64,000 nucleotides of DNA from Thermodesulfovibrionales bacterium (lineage in GTDB: Bacteria > Nitrospirota > Thermodesulfovibrionia > Thermodesulfovibrionales > UBA6898): positions 1 through 64,000 of the forward strand of contig JBIOIY010000001.1 of NCBI GenBank assembly GCA_044450345.1, read 5' to 3'. Under the pieces are notes generated by a model, which saw only the letters and a list, made by a program, of their open reading frames with translations, did no database searches and was not told the DNA's origin. Within the stretch, counting starts at the first letter, position 1; each line of letters begins with the position of its first letter. This document shows positions 37,191 to 47,779 of this stretch, one piece after another. The position numbers and the translations under genes were made by a program.

Positions 37191-38708
37191 GTGGGAAAGA
37201 GGCAAGCCTGGGTGAGGACATTTAAGCGTACACATTCATATCTGTTTCTTGCCGCAATAGTTATCTGTTCTTTTGCAGTTCACATGACCGGTACTATTTT
37301 GTGGAAAGATTTGAGGCTGATCAGTGAGCCACTACATTCAACTGCTGAGGCCATAGGGGCAGCGATCGCTGTCTTCATGGCTATTGTTCTTTTGTGGGGG
37401 AAGAAGGACGTATATGGAGGAAAGCTCTTTCCGATGGCGATGGGCTTTCTCGGAATGGGTCTCCTTGATGGTTTTCATGCTGCTTCATCGCCCGATAAGG
37501 GATTCGTTTTGCTCCGCAGCGTGGCAGGCCTCGCAGGCGGTTTTTGCTTCTCCCTTGTGTGGCTGCCCGGCCTCGCATCAAAAAAGGATGCGGGCTGGAA
37601 AAGCCTGGCTCCATGGATTGTCGCCGGTGGTTCTGGATTGTTTGGTATATGGACTATATCTGCCAGATGGACATTGCCGGTACTGTTGCAGGGGGGTCAG
37701 TTTACCACTCCCGCTATTTCAATCAATCTCATAGCAGGAGTCTTATTTGCGGTCTCAGCCGTGAGATTTGTCGTTGACTTTCACCGTTCGGAGAGTCCGG
37801 AACTTTTCCTATTTGCTTCTATGACTATTCTGTTTAGCATAGCCCAGTTTAGCTTCCCTTTTTCCGCTCCCTGGGACGTGACCTGGTGGTTGTGGCATGT
37901 GCTTCGTCTCATGGCATTTATCTTGGTGTTGGGATTCGCAGTATTCGAGCGCAAGGAGGCGGAAGACTCCATAAAGAAACTGAATCGGGACCTGCAAACC
38001 CATGCAGCAAAACTTGAGGCTTCCTATAGGGACTTGGAGAGTTTCAGCTATTCGGCGTCTCATGATCTTCGATCACCACTGATTAAAATTCACGCCTTCT
38101 CCCGCATTCTGTTGAAGGATTATGCAGAAAGACTCGATGATGATGGTGGTCGACTGTTGAATAGTATTCAGGAAAATGCTAAGAAAATGGAACAGCTTAT
38201 CAATGATCTACTCGCCTTCTCCCGTGTCAGTACTAAAGAGATTCAAAAGTCTGAAATAAGTATTGCAGCATTAACAAGAGAAGTATGTGCGGAATTTAAA
38301 TCCACTATCGGTAATCGACGTGTACAGCTGGAAATAAAAGAGCTTCCGCCCGCCCATTGCGATGAGTCGATGATGCGTCAGGTTTTTGCTAACCTTTTGT
38401 CGAATGCGATCAAATACACTAAACCTAGAGAGATTGCAATCATTGAGGTGGGCGGAATCAAAGAGGAAAATGAAAATATCTACTATGTAAAGGATAATGG
38501 TGTGGGATTTGATATGGAGAATGCGGATAAACTCTTTACTATTTTCCAGCGCTTACATAGTCAGGAGGAATTCGAGGGAACAGGTATTGGACTTGTAATC
38601 GTTAAGAGGATTGTAGAGAAGCACGGGGGAAGAGTATGGGCGGAGGGAAGGCCGAAAGAAGGTGCCAAGTTTTATTTTGCCCTGCCTGTAGAAGAAAGAC
38701 TTACATAA
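37191..38708 (+). CDS. Membrane sensor histidine kinase
   Basis: About seven TM helices; FSYSASHDLRSP H-box, NLLSNAIKY, DNGVGF, GTGIGL. Confidence 0.93.
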   Translation: MGKRQAWVRTFKRTHSYLFLAAIVICSFAVHMTGTILWKDLRLISEPLHSTAEAIGAAIAVFMAIVLLWGKKDVYGGKLFPMAMGFLGMGLLDGFHAASSPDKGFVLLRSVAGLAGGFCFSLVWLPGLASKKDAGWKSLAPWIVAGGSGLFGIWTISARWTLPVLLQGGQFTTPAISINLIAGVLFAVSAVRFVVDFHRSESPELFLFASMTILFSIAQFSFPFSAPWDVTWWLWHVLRLMAFILVLGFAVFERKEAEDSIKKLNRDLQTHAAKLEASYRDLESFSYSASHDLRSPLIKIHAFSRILLKDYAERLDDDGGRLLNSIQENAKKMEQLINDLLAFSRVSTKEIQKSEISIAALTREVCAEFKSTIGNRRVQLEIKELPPAHCDESMMRQVFANLLSNAIKYTKPREIAIIEVGGIKEENENIYYVKDNGVGFDMENADKLFTIFQRLHSQEEFEGTGIGLVIVKRIVEKHGGRVWAEGRPKEGAKFYFALPVEERLT

Positions 38709-38966
38709 AGTTCATAAGAGGCACAGAGAAAGAGCGGAGATGATTACTGATCTATAGTTCATCCTCCAACCTTTGTTTCGTCATCTGACTTCCCGGTGTC
38801 TCCGTCGCTTAAGGCGCCTACTTCCGGGCCTCTGTGGTTCTGTTTTCGTCTTTTGCGAACCTGCGTAGAAAATATATAGCCAGCTTGCCGTACTTGCTCC
38901 TACCGCCTCCTCCATGGTAGCCGCTACCCAACCGCGTTCAACGCCGCAAGACAGTAGAAATTGCTT

Positions 38967-39335
38967 TTACTTACTCTTTCTTTCCGCCTCAAGCACTTTC
39001 ATCTTACATTTGGGTGACAGATGAGACGTATTTGCGATCAGGCATTCAACGACCCGGCCCTGTCCCGGCTGGACGCCGCCACAGTACTTCGGAATATCGT
39101 CCTTACATGCCTGCTCCGCTTCTTTGAGCGCCTCTTTCACTTCTATGCGGTGGCTCTTGCAAACAGGCGAAAGTTCTGCCTGATGCTCCTCCAAACAGCG
39201 CGCTATCCGTCCCTCACCCGGCTTTATATTGGCACAAAACTTCGCTGCGTCTTTCGCACAGGGTTGTGCAAATGCTCCTAATGCCGTAACAAACATTACA
39301 AAAAATACCAGGAAAACGACTAACGCTATCTTCAT
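38967..39335 (-). CDS. Secreted cysteine-rich repeat protein (Cys-rich GLG1-like repeats)
   Basis: Signal peptide then two C..D...C....PG.GR...CL......LSP.C repeats; ATG 39335 with AAGGAGG RBS. Confidence 0.85.
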   Translation of the reverse strand: MKIALVVFLVFFVMFVTALGAFAQPCAKDAAKFCANIKPGEGRIARCLEEHQAELSPVCKSHRIEVKEALKEAEQACKDDIPKYCGGVQPGQGRVVECLIANTSHLSPKCKMKVLEAERKSK

Positions 39336-39714
39336 GTTCAGCCTCCTTGCTTTCTTGAATTCACGCCCAAAGGGCGTTCTATAACGGAACTCTAAGGCAT
39401 ACGCAGAGTGCAGCAATTACTCCTATCGACGAGCGTTCTTATATATGGTCAGATATAAAATTATTTTACTATGTTCTTGGTACCACTGCAATCTTTTTTG
39501 TGAATTATAATAAAAAAAACGTGGAAAAGACGGATGAGTTCGGTACCTGTTATGAGACGATTTCTCACCTTTGTTCACCTTAGAGAGTGTAATTGCAATA
39601 AAGCAAGGCCTGTCCCTCTGAAAGCCGGCATAGATTTCTGCGCTTTTAAGTCAAGACCCGATAGGGCCGCCCTAAATGCCGTGGAGTAGTTAAAGCTATA
39701 TTGCTATCCTGAGA

Positions 39715-40071
39715 TTATCTGAGACGGAAATGGAAACCGACGACCGCCCGGTAATCTGTGCGGCTGTCTCTTGACGTAAGGACCTGATGAGGCGGCGAGG
39801 TAAAATTAAGAAAGGCATTGAGTCCCTCTTTCAAGGGGACTGATATTGTCCGCTGAGGATTGATATCGCGATCTTTTCTCTCCCCGGAAAAGCCCTTTAG
39901 CCAAAAAAAACCGGCGTCTTCAAAATGGAGTACTGAGACGAGATCTTTTTTAGCTCCGTCCTGCATCTCGGCCTTTGTTCCGGATGGGACAACCAAAAAC
40001 ATCAGAGAAAAAGCAATACTGAGAACCCCTATGCGAATACTACATTTCTTCACGATGTTTAAATCTAACAT
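39715..40071 (-). CDS. Hypothetical exported protein
   Basis: N-terminal hydrophobic signal; C-terminal amphipathic strand YRAVVGFHFRLR; start uncertain. Confidence 0.6.
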   Translation of the reverse strand: MLDLNIVKKCSIRIGVLSIAFSLMFLVVPSGTKAEMQDGAKKDLVSVLHFEDAGFFWLKGFSGERKDRDINPQRTISVPLKEGLNAFLNFTSPPHQVLTSRDSRTDYRAVVGFHFRLR

Positions 40072-40181
40072 ATCAGCAACAAATAAATAAACATAATTCT
40101 TTATTTATTCTTTTTGCAGCACTTTTTTTCCAGAAGAGAACGGCTTTAAACCGTTCATTGAGTCATCACGGTGGCAACCCC

Positions 40182-43100
40182 TTAGGCTACTGCCTCTGCA
40201 CCAATTTTTTCACTAAGCTCTTCCAACGCCCCGTACACGGCCTCATAGATCTTCTCCCATTCCACACCCTTGAGATCGAGTTCAAACCCGTCAGGGAGGA
40301 ATTTGACAGGTCTCTTCTTCTTGTTGTGGAGATCGAAGACATTCGCAAGCTGTACAGGCGTATCAGGGGAAAAGACAACACGCACCCTCCCCCTTGCCTC
40401 CTGGATCTTTGTGATCGAAAGCGCCTTCGCGAGTATTTTTACGCGCATGATCTTGAGTAGGTTTATCACCTCTTCAGGGGGTTTCCCGAACCTGTCTCTG
40501 AGTTCACCCTCGAAATCGAAAACCTCGTTCTCCGACTTTAGAGCAGCTATCCTCCGATAAAAGCTGAGCCTTAACGTCACGTCTTCGATATACTCGTCGG
40601 GAATAAAGGCCGCAGTCTTCAACTCTATCACAGCTTCAGGCTCATCCTTAATCTCCATGCCCTTCAACTCCGCGACGGCCTTTTCGAGCATCTCGATATA
40701 AAGGTCGAAGCCTATCTCATTGATGTGCCCTGACTGTTCCCCCCCGAAGATCTCTCCTGCGCCTCTTATCTCAAGGTCCTTCAGTGCAAGCCTGAACCCT
40801 GCTCCCAGGTAGCTCATCTCCTGCACAGCCTGGAGCCTCTTTCTCGCCTCCTCGGTAAGCACCGGCTCGGGCGGAGCGAGAAAATAGGCGTACCCTTTGA
40901 CACTCGACCTTCCCACCCTTCCCCTCAGCTGATAAAGGTCTGCCAGCCCCATCTTGTCGGCCATGTGTATGATGATCGTATTCGCCCTCGGGATATCGAG
41001 GCCGGAACCGATGATCGCGGTTGAGACGAGGACATTGACGTCTCCCGCAAAGAACCTGTGCATCATCTCCTCCAGTTCCTTCTCAGGCATCTGACCGTGT
41101 GCGACACCGATCACGGCCTGAGGGACAAGTTCCTGAATTCGCCGGGATATCTTGTGGATGTCCCATATCCTGTTATGCACGAAGAAGACCTGCCCGGACC
41201 TCTGCAGCTCGGAGGTTATCACTTCTTTCACGAGCTTGTCATTGAAGACCGTGACGATGCTCTTTACCGAAAGCCTCTCTTCCGGGGGCGTCTCTATGAC
41301 GCTGATGTTCCTGATCCCCGAGAGGGCCATATGCAGCGTCCGCGGGATCGGAGTTGCCGTAAGCGTCATGACGTCGATATTCTTGCTCATCTCTTTTATC
41401 TTTTCCTTCTGGCCGACGCCGAACCTGTGCTCCTCGTCTATTATCAGGAGTCCGAGCCTGCTGAACTCGACCTTCTTCGAAAGGAGGCCATGCGTGCCTA
41501 TCACTATATCTATCTCACCCTTCGCGATGCCCCTCAATGTCAGATCGATCTCCTTCCTCGATTTAAACCTGCTCATGAAATCAATCGTGACCGGAAAGCC
41601 GGAGAACCGTTCCTTGAAGGTCCTGTAGTGCTGCTCTGCAAGGATCGTAGTGGGGACAAGGACGGCCACCTGCCTGTTGTCGTAAACCGCCTTAAATGCC
41701 GCGCGCATCGCAACCTCGGTCTTTCCATAGCCTACGTCGCCGCAGAGGAGCCTGTCCATGGGGAGATCGGATTCCATGTCCTTTTTGAGATCTTCTATCG
41801 CCTTAAGCTGGTCCGGCGTCTCCTCATAGGCGAAGAAACTGTCGAACTCTCTGTGAAGATCAGTGCCGGGACTGAATGTAAAACCCCTCGCCACCCTCCT
41901 GTCTGCATAAAGCGCAAGGAGCTTAGCCGCCATCTCCTGGACTTTCTTCCTGACACGCTCTTTCTTTTTCTGCCAGGTCTTGCCGCCGAGCCTGTCAATT
42001 TTTGGAAGAACTCCCTCTTCAGAGCGGTACTTTGATATTATCTGGATCGACTGGACCGGGATATAGAGGCGGCCGTCTTCGTACTCGATGAGCATGAGTT
42101 CAAGCTCAATGTCCTCCCTCGTCTGCCTGACAACCCCGGAAAACCGCCCGACGCCGTGGTCCCTGTGTACGACAAAATCGCCCGGGGTTATATCGTCGAG
42201 CGAGAGGAGAAGGTTCGCCACCTTCGATTTTCTTATCGATCTGAACGCCGGCCTCTCGCCGAAAATCTCCTTTTCGGTAAGAATAAGCAGCCCTTTCAAG
42301 AATATTCCGGACGACAACCCGCCTACTACTATAGCGATGGTGCCCTTGTAATCCCGGACCTCGCCTATTCCGACTACCGGTACTATCATCTCCTGCTCCC
42401 TGAACAGGTCTCTGATCCGCTCGGACTGTCCTGAAGAGGAAGCCACGATAATAACCTGGTTGCTCCCGGAAAGACCTTTTATAGTCTTTGGCAGATCTTC
42501 CAGACTTTTTCTTTCATCAGGGAGGAAACCGTGCCCCTTTACTGAAAGAACACCCGCATCGATCTGTGGGATAGAAATTGAATCGTCCTCCCCGTCATCA
42601 TCAGAGTAGGGTCCGCCTGCGTTAAAGGAGTACCGGGACAGATAGACCGTGTCATCAGGCAACCCATCTTCCGAAGAGGCGGGATAGAGACAAAAGAACT
42701 TCTTCCCCGCCGCCACGTCGGTCAAATACCTTGCCTCGTCAGGGTCTTTCGCAGGGAATAAGAGGAATGTGTCGATATCCGTCGTCGACCTCTGGGTCTC
42801 TGTATCGAAAAACCTGATCTGCTCTATCTCATCTCCGAAGAACTCGATCCTGATCGGGTCCTCGGTAGTTGAGGGAAAGATATCGAAAATCCACTCCCTC
42901 CTGCTGTACTCGCCCTTGTCAGCCGCCATCGCGGCCCTCACGTAACCCAATCTGACAAGGGCCTCCTCGAAATCCGACCTCTCCCCTATCGCCCCTTTCT
43001 TCAGGTCCAGTATGTTTTCCAAAAGGGAATCGTTGTCATGCAATGTCGAGGTGAGGTTCGCAGAGGACGTCACCAGGGAATCCCGGTCCTCCAATTTATA

Positions 43101-43367
43101 TAACAGCTCGGCCCTGGCCCCTGCCGCCTCCGGCCCCCCCGGATCCGACAGAATGAGTAAAGGCCCACCCGACCCCAGTAGATCCCGGTAAAAATGCATG
43201 TCTTTTTTCAGGATGCGGGCCCCGTCTTCCTCCTTTTCTACGGCGACAAAGGGTTTCTCCTGAAGCGCGAGTAAAAGAGCCGACGACGATCCCGTCAGAT
43301 TATAGATACGGCATGCATCCGGAAAAGATGAAGGGACACCCTTTTTTATGAGGGAAAGAAGTTCCAA
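40182..43367 (-). CDS. mfd: Transcription-repair coupling factor
   Basis: VVHRDHGVG RID, GDVGYGKTEVA, DEEHRFG, TATPIPRTL, QLRGRVGR, TRG motif. Confidence 0.97.
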   Translation of the reverse strand: MELLSLIKKGVPSSFPDACRIYNLTGSSSALLLALQEKPFVAVEKEEDGARILKKDMHFYRDLLGSGGPLLILSDPGGPEAAGARAELLYKLEDRDSLVTSSANLTSTLHDNDSLLENILDLKKGAIGERSDFEEALVRLGYVRAAMAADKGEYSRREWIFDIFPSTTEDPIRIEFFGDEIEQIRFFDTETQRSTTDIDTFLLFPAKDPDEARYLTDVAAGKKFFCLYPASSEDGLPDDTVYLSRYSFNAGGPYSDDDGEDDSISIPQIDAGVLSVKGHGFLPDERKSLEDLPKTIKGLSGSNQVIIVASSSGQSERIRDLFREQEMIVPVVGIGEVRDYKGTIAIVVGGLSSGIFLKGLLILTEKEIFGERPAFRSIRKSKVANLLLSLDDITPGDFVVHRDHGVGRFSGVVRQTREDIELELMLIEYEDGRLYIPVQSIQIISKYRSEEGVLPKIDRLGGKTWQKKKERVRKKVQEMAAKLLALYADRRVARGFTFSPGTDLHREFDSFFAYEETPDQLKAIEDLKKDMESDLPMDRLLCGDVGYGKTEVAMRAAFKAVYDNRQVAVLVPTTILAEQHYRTFKERFSGFPVTIDFMSRFKSRKEIDLTLRGIAKGEIDIVIGTHGLLSKKVEFSRLGLLIIDEEHRFGVGQKEKIKEMSKNIDVMTLTATPIPRTLHMALSGIRNISVIETPPEERLSVKSIVTVFNDKLVKEVITSELQRSGQVFFVHNRIWDIHKISRRIQELVPQAVIGVAHGQMPEKELEEMMHRFFAGDVNVLVSTAIIGSGLDIPRANTIIIHMADKMGLADLYQLRGRVGRSSVKGYAYFLAPPEPVLTEEARKRLQAVQEMSYLGAGFRLALKDLEIRGAGEIFGGEQSGHINEIGFDLYIEMLEKAVAELKGMEIKDEPEAVIELKTAAFIPDEYIEDVTLRLSFYRRIAALKSENEVFDFEGELRDRFGKPPEEVINLLKIMRVKILAKALSITKIQEARGRVRVVFSPDTPVQLANVFDLHNKKKRPVKFLPDGFELDLKGVEWEKIYEAVYGALEELSEKIGAEAVA

Positions 43368-43369
43368 CC

Positions 43370-43831
43370 TTAAAGATTTGCTTTGATAATTTTTTTTATG
43401 ATTCCTGTGGTAGATATGCCCTTTACATAGGGAAGGCTGTATGTTTCCCCGGCGACATCAGACCCTACGATCTCTTCCTTCTTCCAGTCTCCGCCCTTTA
43501 CCAGAACATCGGGTTTCAAAGACTTGATCAGCCCATGGGGGGTCTTCTCATCGAAGATCGTAACATAGTCGACCATGCATAAGGAGGCCAGGACCTCCGC
43601 GCGGTCTTTTTCGGAATTAATCGGTCTTCCCGGCTTTATGAGCGAAACCGACCTGTCGGAATTGAGGCCCACGACGAGCACGTCGCCCAGTTTCCTTGCC
43701 TGCCTCAAATATCTCACATGACCTTTATGTAGTATGTCGAAGCATCCGTTTGTAAAGACTATCTTCCTTCCCTGTCCTGCCAGCCGGCCGCAAATCTTTT
43801 TGAGTTCACTTCTGTCGACAATTTTTTTCAT
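43370..43831 (-). CDS. rfaE2: D-glycero-beta-D-manno-heptose 1-phosphate adenylyltransferase (stand-alone RfaE domain II)
   Basis: [30 protein letters not shown]. Confidence 0.92.
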   Translation of the reverse strand: MKKIVDRSELKKICGRLAGQGRKIVFTNGCFDILHKGHVRYLRQARKLGDVLVVGLNSDRSVSLIKPGRPINSEKDRAEVLASLCMVDYVTIFDEKTPHGLIKSLKPDVLVKGGDWKKEEIVGSDVAGETYSLPYVKGISTTGIIKKIIKANL

Positions 43832-44277
43832 TTACCGGCATCCATCTCCTGCAATCGCGCCCTCGCCTTCTCGAGGATCGTCCTGTCGCCGCTGAAACTG
43901 ATCTTCTGAAAAGCAGTTTCAAAAGAAAACCACTCGGCCTCATCCACCTCGAAATCATGCTGGGAGGTATTGCCGCTTTCGTATTCCATAAGGTAAAAAT
44001 GCACCGTCTTCCTGCACTTCGTGTTTTCTCCGCGTATGTAATACCAGTAAGTGATCTCTCCCAGTTTATCGATGATCCTGCCCCAAAGCCCCGATTCCTC
44101 TCTCACTTCCCGAACGGCCGTGACCTCCGGCGTCTCCCCCTTGTCGATGATCCCCTTAGGGAGGCACCAGTATTTCCCGCCCTTCACCGAGACAAGCACC
44201 ACTTCCAAACCGCCCGGGGCTTTTCTGAATATGACCCCTCCGGAGGAAGTCTGACGTTTCAAAGAAGCGGGCTTCAT
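43828..44277 (-). CDS. NUDIX hydrolase
   Basis: PKG....GE....[11 protein letters not shown]udix box. Confidence 0.93.
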   Translation of the reverse strand: MKPASLKRQTSSGGVIFRKAPGGLEVVLVSVKGGKYWCLPKGIIDKGETPEVTAVREVREESGLWGRIIDKLGEITYWYYIRGENTKCRKTVHFYLMEYESGNTSQHDFEVDEAEWFSFETAFQKISFSGDRTILEKARARLQEMDAGK

Positions 44278-44304
44278 TTCCTATCGGTCCATCATATCAG
44301 CGGC

Positions 44305-44706
44305 TTACGCATAATCCTTCAACGACTCAATTATATCACTTCTTATCCTCTTCGGCTTCATGCTCCGGTCCACGCAGGCGATCTTCACGGTCCCCTCTAC
44401 AAGGGGCTCGCCTGTTCCTTCCCTTAAGACTCTATGGCCGAATGATATAGACGCCGCCCCGATCTTGTCCACCGACGTCTCGACAGAGAACGTATCGCCA
44501 TATCTTCCGGGCGACAGATATTTGAGACATGCATCCACGACAACAAAAAAGACGCCGTCGTCCATAAGTTTCTTCAGGTTCATGCCCCGTGATTCAAACA
44601 GCCCGGTCCTCGCCCGCTCGAAATATTTCAGGTAATTCGCATAATAGACGACGCCCCCGCAGTCGGTATCCTCGTAATAGATCTTTACCTCCAGGAGATG
44701 TTTCAT
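44305..44706 (-). CDS. ybgC: YbgC/FadM family acyl-CoA thioesterase
   Basis: YYEDTDCGGVVYYANYLKYFERART. Confidence 0.9.
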   Translation of the reverse strand: MKHLLEVKIYYEDTDCGGVVYYANYLKYFERARTGLFESRGMNLKKLMDDGVFFVVVDACLKYLSPGRYGDTFSVETSVDKIGAASISFGHRVLREGTGEPLVEGTVKIACVDRSMKPKRIRSDIIESLKDYA

Positions 44707-45788
44707 TACGGGAGCATCTTGCCGGTCACCAGCCGCAGGATATCATTGTACAGGGCAAAAACCATGAGGGCGACAAGTAAGGCAAGTCCCACCCGCTGTG
44801 CCATGATAATGGCCTTCTCGCTGAGCGGCTTTCCCCTCACCCACTCTATGCCCATAAACATAAGATGGCCTCCGTCCAGCATAGGTATGGGAAGGATGTT
44901 CATGACCCCGAGATTGATGCTGATCACCGCCATAAAGGTAAAATAGTTCATCGCTCCCTGGGCAGCCTGCTTGCCTGCCATGTCGAATATCATTATCGGT
45001 CCCCCGATCGTATCCGCAGGGATAATGTGCTGCAGCAGCTTAACGATAAATACTATCGTGAGGGCCGAAAGTTCCCATGTCTTCGCCACTGCAAGTTTCA
45101 GGGCGCCGGGAAAAAACTCCTGTTTTACGCCGGTCTTGCCGGAAGGCGTTATGCCTATCAGGCCTACTTCCCGGTTCTGCCCGAATATGTCCTTTATGAC
45201 CTTCTTCTCAGGGGTGATAAGGATATCGAAGGAGGACTGGCCCCTCTTGATCTTCATTCTAAGCCCTTTCCCCGGACTTTCATGGATCATCGATGTCATG
45301 TCTTCCCACCTCTTTAAGGAGACGCCGTTTATCTCCACTATATCGTCCCCCTTTGTCAGCCCGGCCCTGAAAGCCGGGGAGTCGGCGGTCACCTCACCGA
45401 CCTGAGGCAGCAGATAGGGGACCCCGCCCAGAAAGACCAGAAAAAAGACAACGGCGGCGAAGATGAGGTTAAAGATCGGCCCTGCAAGGACGATTATAAA
45501 CCTTTTCCATACAGGCTGGAAATTAAAGGCCCGGTGTTTTTCCGCCTCAGGTATCTCCTCTTCTTCCTTGGGAATATCCTCCTGTCCGAGCATCTTCACA
45601 TAGCCGCCGAGGGGGACTGCGGATATCACATATTCGGTCTCGCCATAGGTCTTTCCCACAACCGTCGGCCCAAAACCCAGCGAGAACTTGAGCACCTTCA
45701 CGCCGAGCATCTTCGCAAAGATGAAGTGCCCGAGCTCGTGCACGAATATGAGGATCCCGAGGAGGACCAGCGCGTAAATCATCGTCAT
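44706..45788 (-). CDS. rseP: RIP metalloprotease RseP
   Basis: HELGH, PLGGYV, PDZ domain, NILPIPMLDGGH; next to dxr. Confidence 0.95.
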   Translation of the reverse strand: MTMIYALVLLGILIFVHELGHFIFAKMLGVKVLKFSLGFGPTVVGKTYGETEYVISAVPLGGYVKMLGQEDIPKEEEEIPEAEKHRAFNFQPVWKRFIIVLAGPIFNLIFAAVVFFLVFLGGVPYLLPQVGEVTADSPAFRAGLTKGDDIVEINGVSLKRWEDMTSMIHESPGKGLRMKIKRGQSSFDILITPEKKVIKDIFGQNREVGLIGITPSGKTGVKQEFFPGALKLAVAKTWELSALTIVFIVKLLQHIIPADTIGGPIMIFDMAGKQAAQGAMNYFTFMAVISINLGVMNILPIPMLDGGHLMFMGIEWVRGKPLSEKAIIMAQRVGLALLVALMVFALYNDILRLVTGKMLP

Positions 45789-46939
45789 CTTCCTGACTCC
45801 TTAATATATATTTCAGCTTTCTCCCGCGACCATCTGTCTGCATCCATAATATCTTCGAGGCTCGAAACAGCTCTCGCCTTATGACTGTCGACGGTCTTCC
45901 TGATCACCGAAGATATCTTGTTGAACCCTATCCTGCCGTCCAAAAATGCGTTGACCGCCTCTTCGTTCGAGGCGTTCAGCACGCAGGGCATTGTCCCGCC
46001 TGCCCTTATCGCGTCATATGCATAGGACAGGCAGGGAAAAGTCTCGCTGTCGGGCATCCTGAACGTCAGGGTCCCGATCATATCGAGTTCGAGCGGGGGA
46101 ATCGGGTCAGCGATCCTGTCCGGATAGGAGAGCGCGTAGGATATCGGCCCTTTCATATCAGGCATCGACATCTGCGCAAGACAGCTCCTGTCTATGAATT
46201 CGACCAGTGAATGCACTATGCTCTGCGGATGTATAAGGACACTCACCTTCTCGGGCGGCATGTCAAAAAGCCAGCAGGCCTCTATCACCTCGAGCCCTTT
46301 ATTCATGAGTGTGGCGGAATCGATCGAAATTTTTTTTCCCATACTCCAGTTGGGGTGTTTGAGCGCGTCTTTCACAGTAATGTCTTCCAGTTCTTTTTTC
46401 TTTCTCCCGACAAAGGGCCCGCCCGAGGCAGTAAGGATTATCCTTCTGATACCCGTCCGCTTATGCCCCTCGATGCACTGAAAAACCGCGCTGTGCTCGC
46501 TATCGACCGGGATGATCCTGACACCCCTCTTTCTCGCCTCGGCCATCACGATCTCCCCCGCCATGACAAGGGCCTCTTTGTTTGCGAGGCCGACCGTCTT
46601 TCCCGCCCTTATAGCAGCCATCGTAGGCATCAGGCCGGCTGAACCGACGATCGACGAGATCACAAAATCGGACTGCTCATAGGAAGCGACACTGTTGACA
46701 CCCTCCGCCCCGGTTAGGACACTCACCCCGTTGACCCTTTTGCTCAAGGCCAGCGCCGTCCCCTCGTCCGCAACAGCCACGACCTCCGGACTAAAGGTCT
46801 TTATCTGGCTCTCGAGAAGGTCTATGTTTCTGCCGGCCGCAAGGGCGACGACCTTCAAACTCTGCCTGTTGTTGGCAACTACCTCGAGCGTGCTCCGTCC
46901 TATAGAGCCGGTCGAACCGAGTATCGTCAATCTTTTCAT
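45785..46939 (-). CDS. dxr: 1-deoxy-D-xylulose-5-phosphate reductoisomerase
   Basis: LGSTGSIG, LANKE, PVDSEH, HPNWSMG, NKGLEVIEA. Confidence 0.97.
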   Translation of the reverse strand: MKRLTILGSTGSIGRSTLEVVANNRQSLKVVALAAGRNIDLLESQIKTFSPEVVAVADEGTALALSKRVNGVSVLTGAEGVNSVASYEQSDFVISSIVGSAGLMPTMAAIRAGKTVGLANKEALVMAGEIVMAEARKRGVRIIPVDSEHSAVFQCIEGHKRTGIRRIILTASGGPFVGRKKKELEDITVKDALKHPNWSMGKKISIDSATLMNKGLEVIEACWLFDMPPEKVSVLIHPQSIVHSLVEFIDRSCLAQMSMPDMKGPISYALSYPDRIADPIPPLELDMIGTLTFRMPDSETFPCLSYAYDAIRAGGTMPCVLNASNEEAVNAFLDGRIGFNKISSVIRKTVDSHKARAVSSLEDIMDADRWSREKAEIYIKESGR

Positions 46940-46987
46940 GTCATTAATTATACTAAAACGTTCCCTTCTGTTTTCTTTTATTCCGGC

Positions 46988-47779
46988 CTAACCGATAAGG
47001 CCGAGGCCGGCACAGAGCCAATAGAAAACCGGTCCTGCGAATGTCACACTGTCGAGTTTGTCGAGGATGCCGCCGTGACCCGGCAGGATATTGCTCGAAT
47101 CCTTCACCCCGGCGTCACGCTTGAACATAGACTCAACGAGGTCCCCTGCGATGCATGCCAGCCCTATGGCTAAACCAAGGAGTACCGCTTGATAAAGCGA
47201 TATCTGACGCATCATGACCGACCTGACAAAAAGGGCACCTGCCGCCCCCCCGACTACCGAGCCCACTGCGCCCGCGACCGTTTTGTTCGGGCTGACCTCC
47301 GGGTAGAGTTTTCTCTTGCCGAGACCTTTTCCGACATAATAGGCCATGCTGTCCGAGACCCAGACAGATATATAGAGCAGGACTATCCAGACAGGTCCTG
47401 CCTTTGCAAGACTGAGCTGGAACGTGAGAAGTCCCGGTATGTATAAAAGACCGAGGATGACCGCAGAAATTTCAGAAAGCGACCGCGCGGGGTCCCGTTT
47501 TAGAAAAAGTCTTATACCCATAACCGCCATCGCACAGAGAAGCAGCACATCGATAAAGAAATGCCGAGCGCCGAAAAAGACCGCAAGCATCGCAGCCCCG
47601 CTGACCACACCCGCATACCTGAGCGCGGGATGGAGACGGAACATGCGGTAAAATTCGATGAGTGCCGCTGAAGAAACAAGCACGAGAAGAAAGAGCAGGT
47701 ACTCGACCGGCAGGTACATGATATAGAGATAAAAAACGGGGACGAGTATACACGCGACGACCAGCCGTTTACGATGCAT
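46988..47779 (-). CDS. cdsA: Phosphatidate cytidylyltransferase
   Basis: SPNKT, GDLVESMFKR..GVKDS...PGHGGILD. Confidence 0.95.
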   Translation of the reverse strand: MHRKRLVVACILVPVFYLYIMYLPVEYLLFLLVLVSSAALIEFYRMFRLHPALRYAGVVSGAAMLAVFFGARHFFIDVLLLCAMAVMGIRLFLKRDPARSLSEISAVILGLLYIPGLLTFQLSLAKAGPVWIVLLYISVWVSDSMAYYVGKGLGKRKLYPEVSPNKTVAGAVGSVVGGAAGALFVRSVMMRQISLYQAVLLGLAIGLACIAGDLVESMFKRDAGVKDSSNILPGHGGILDKLDSVTFAGPVFYWLCAGLGLIG

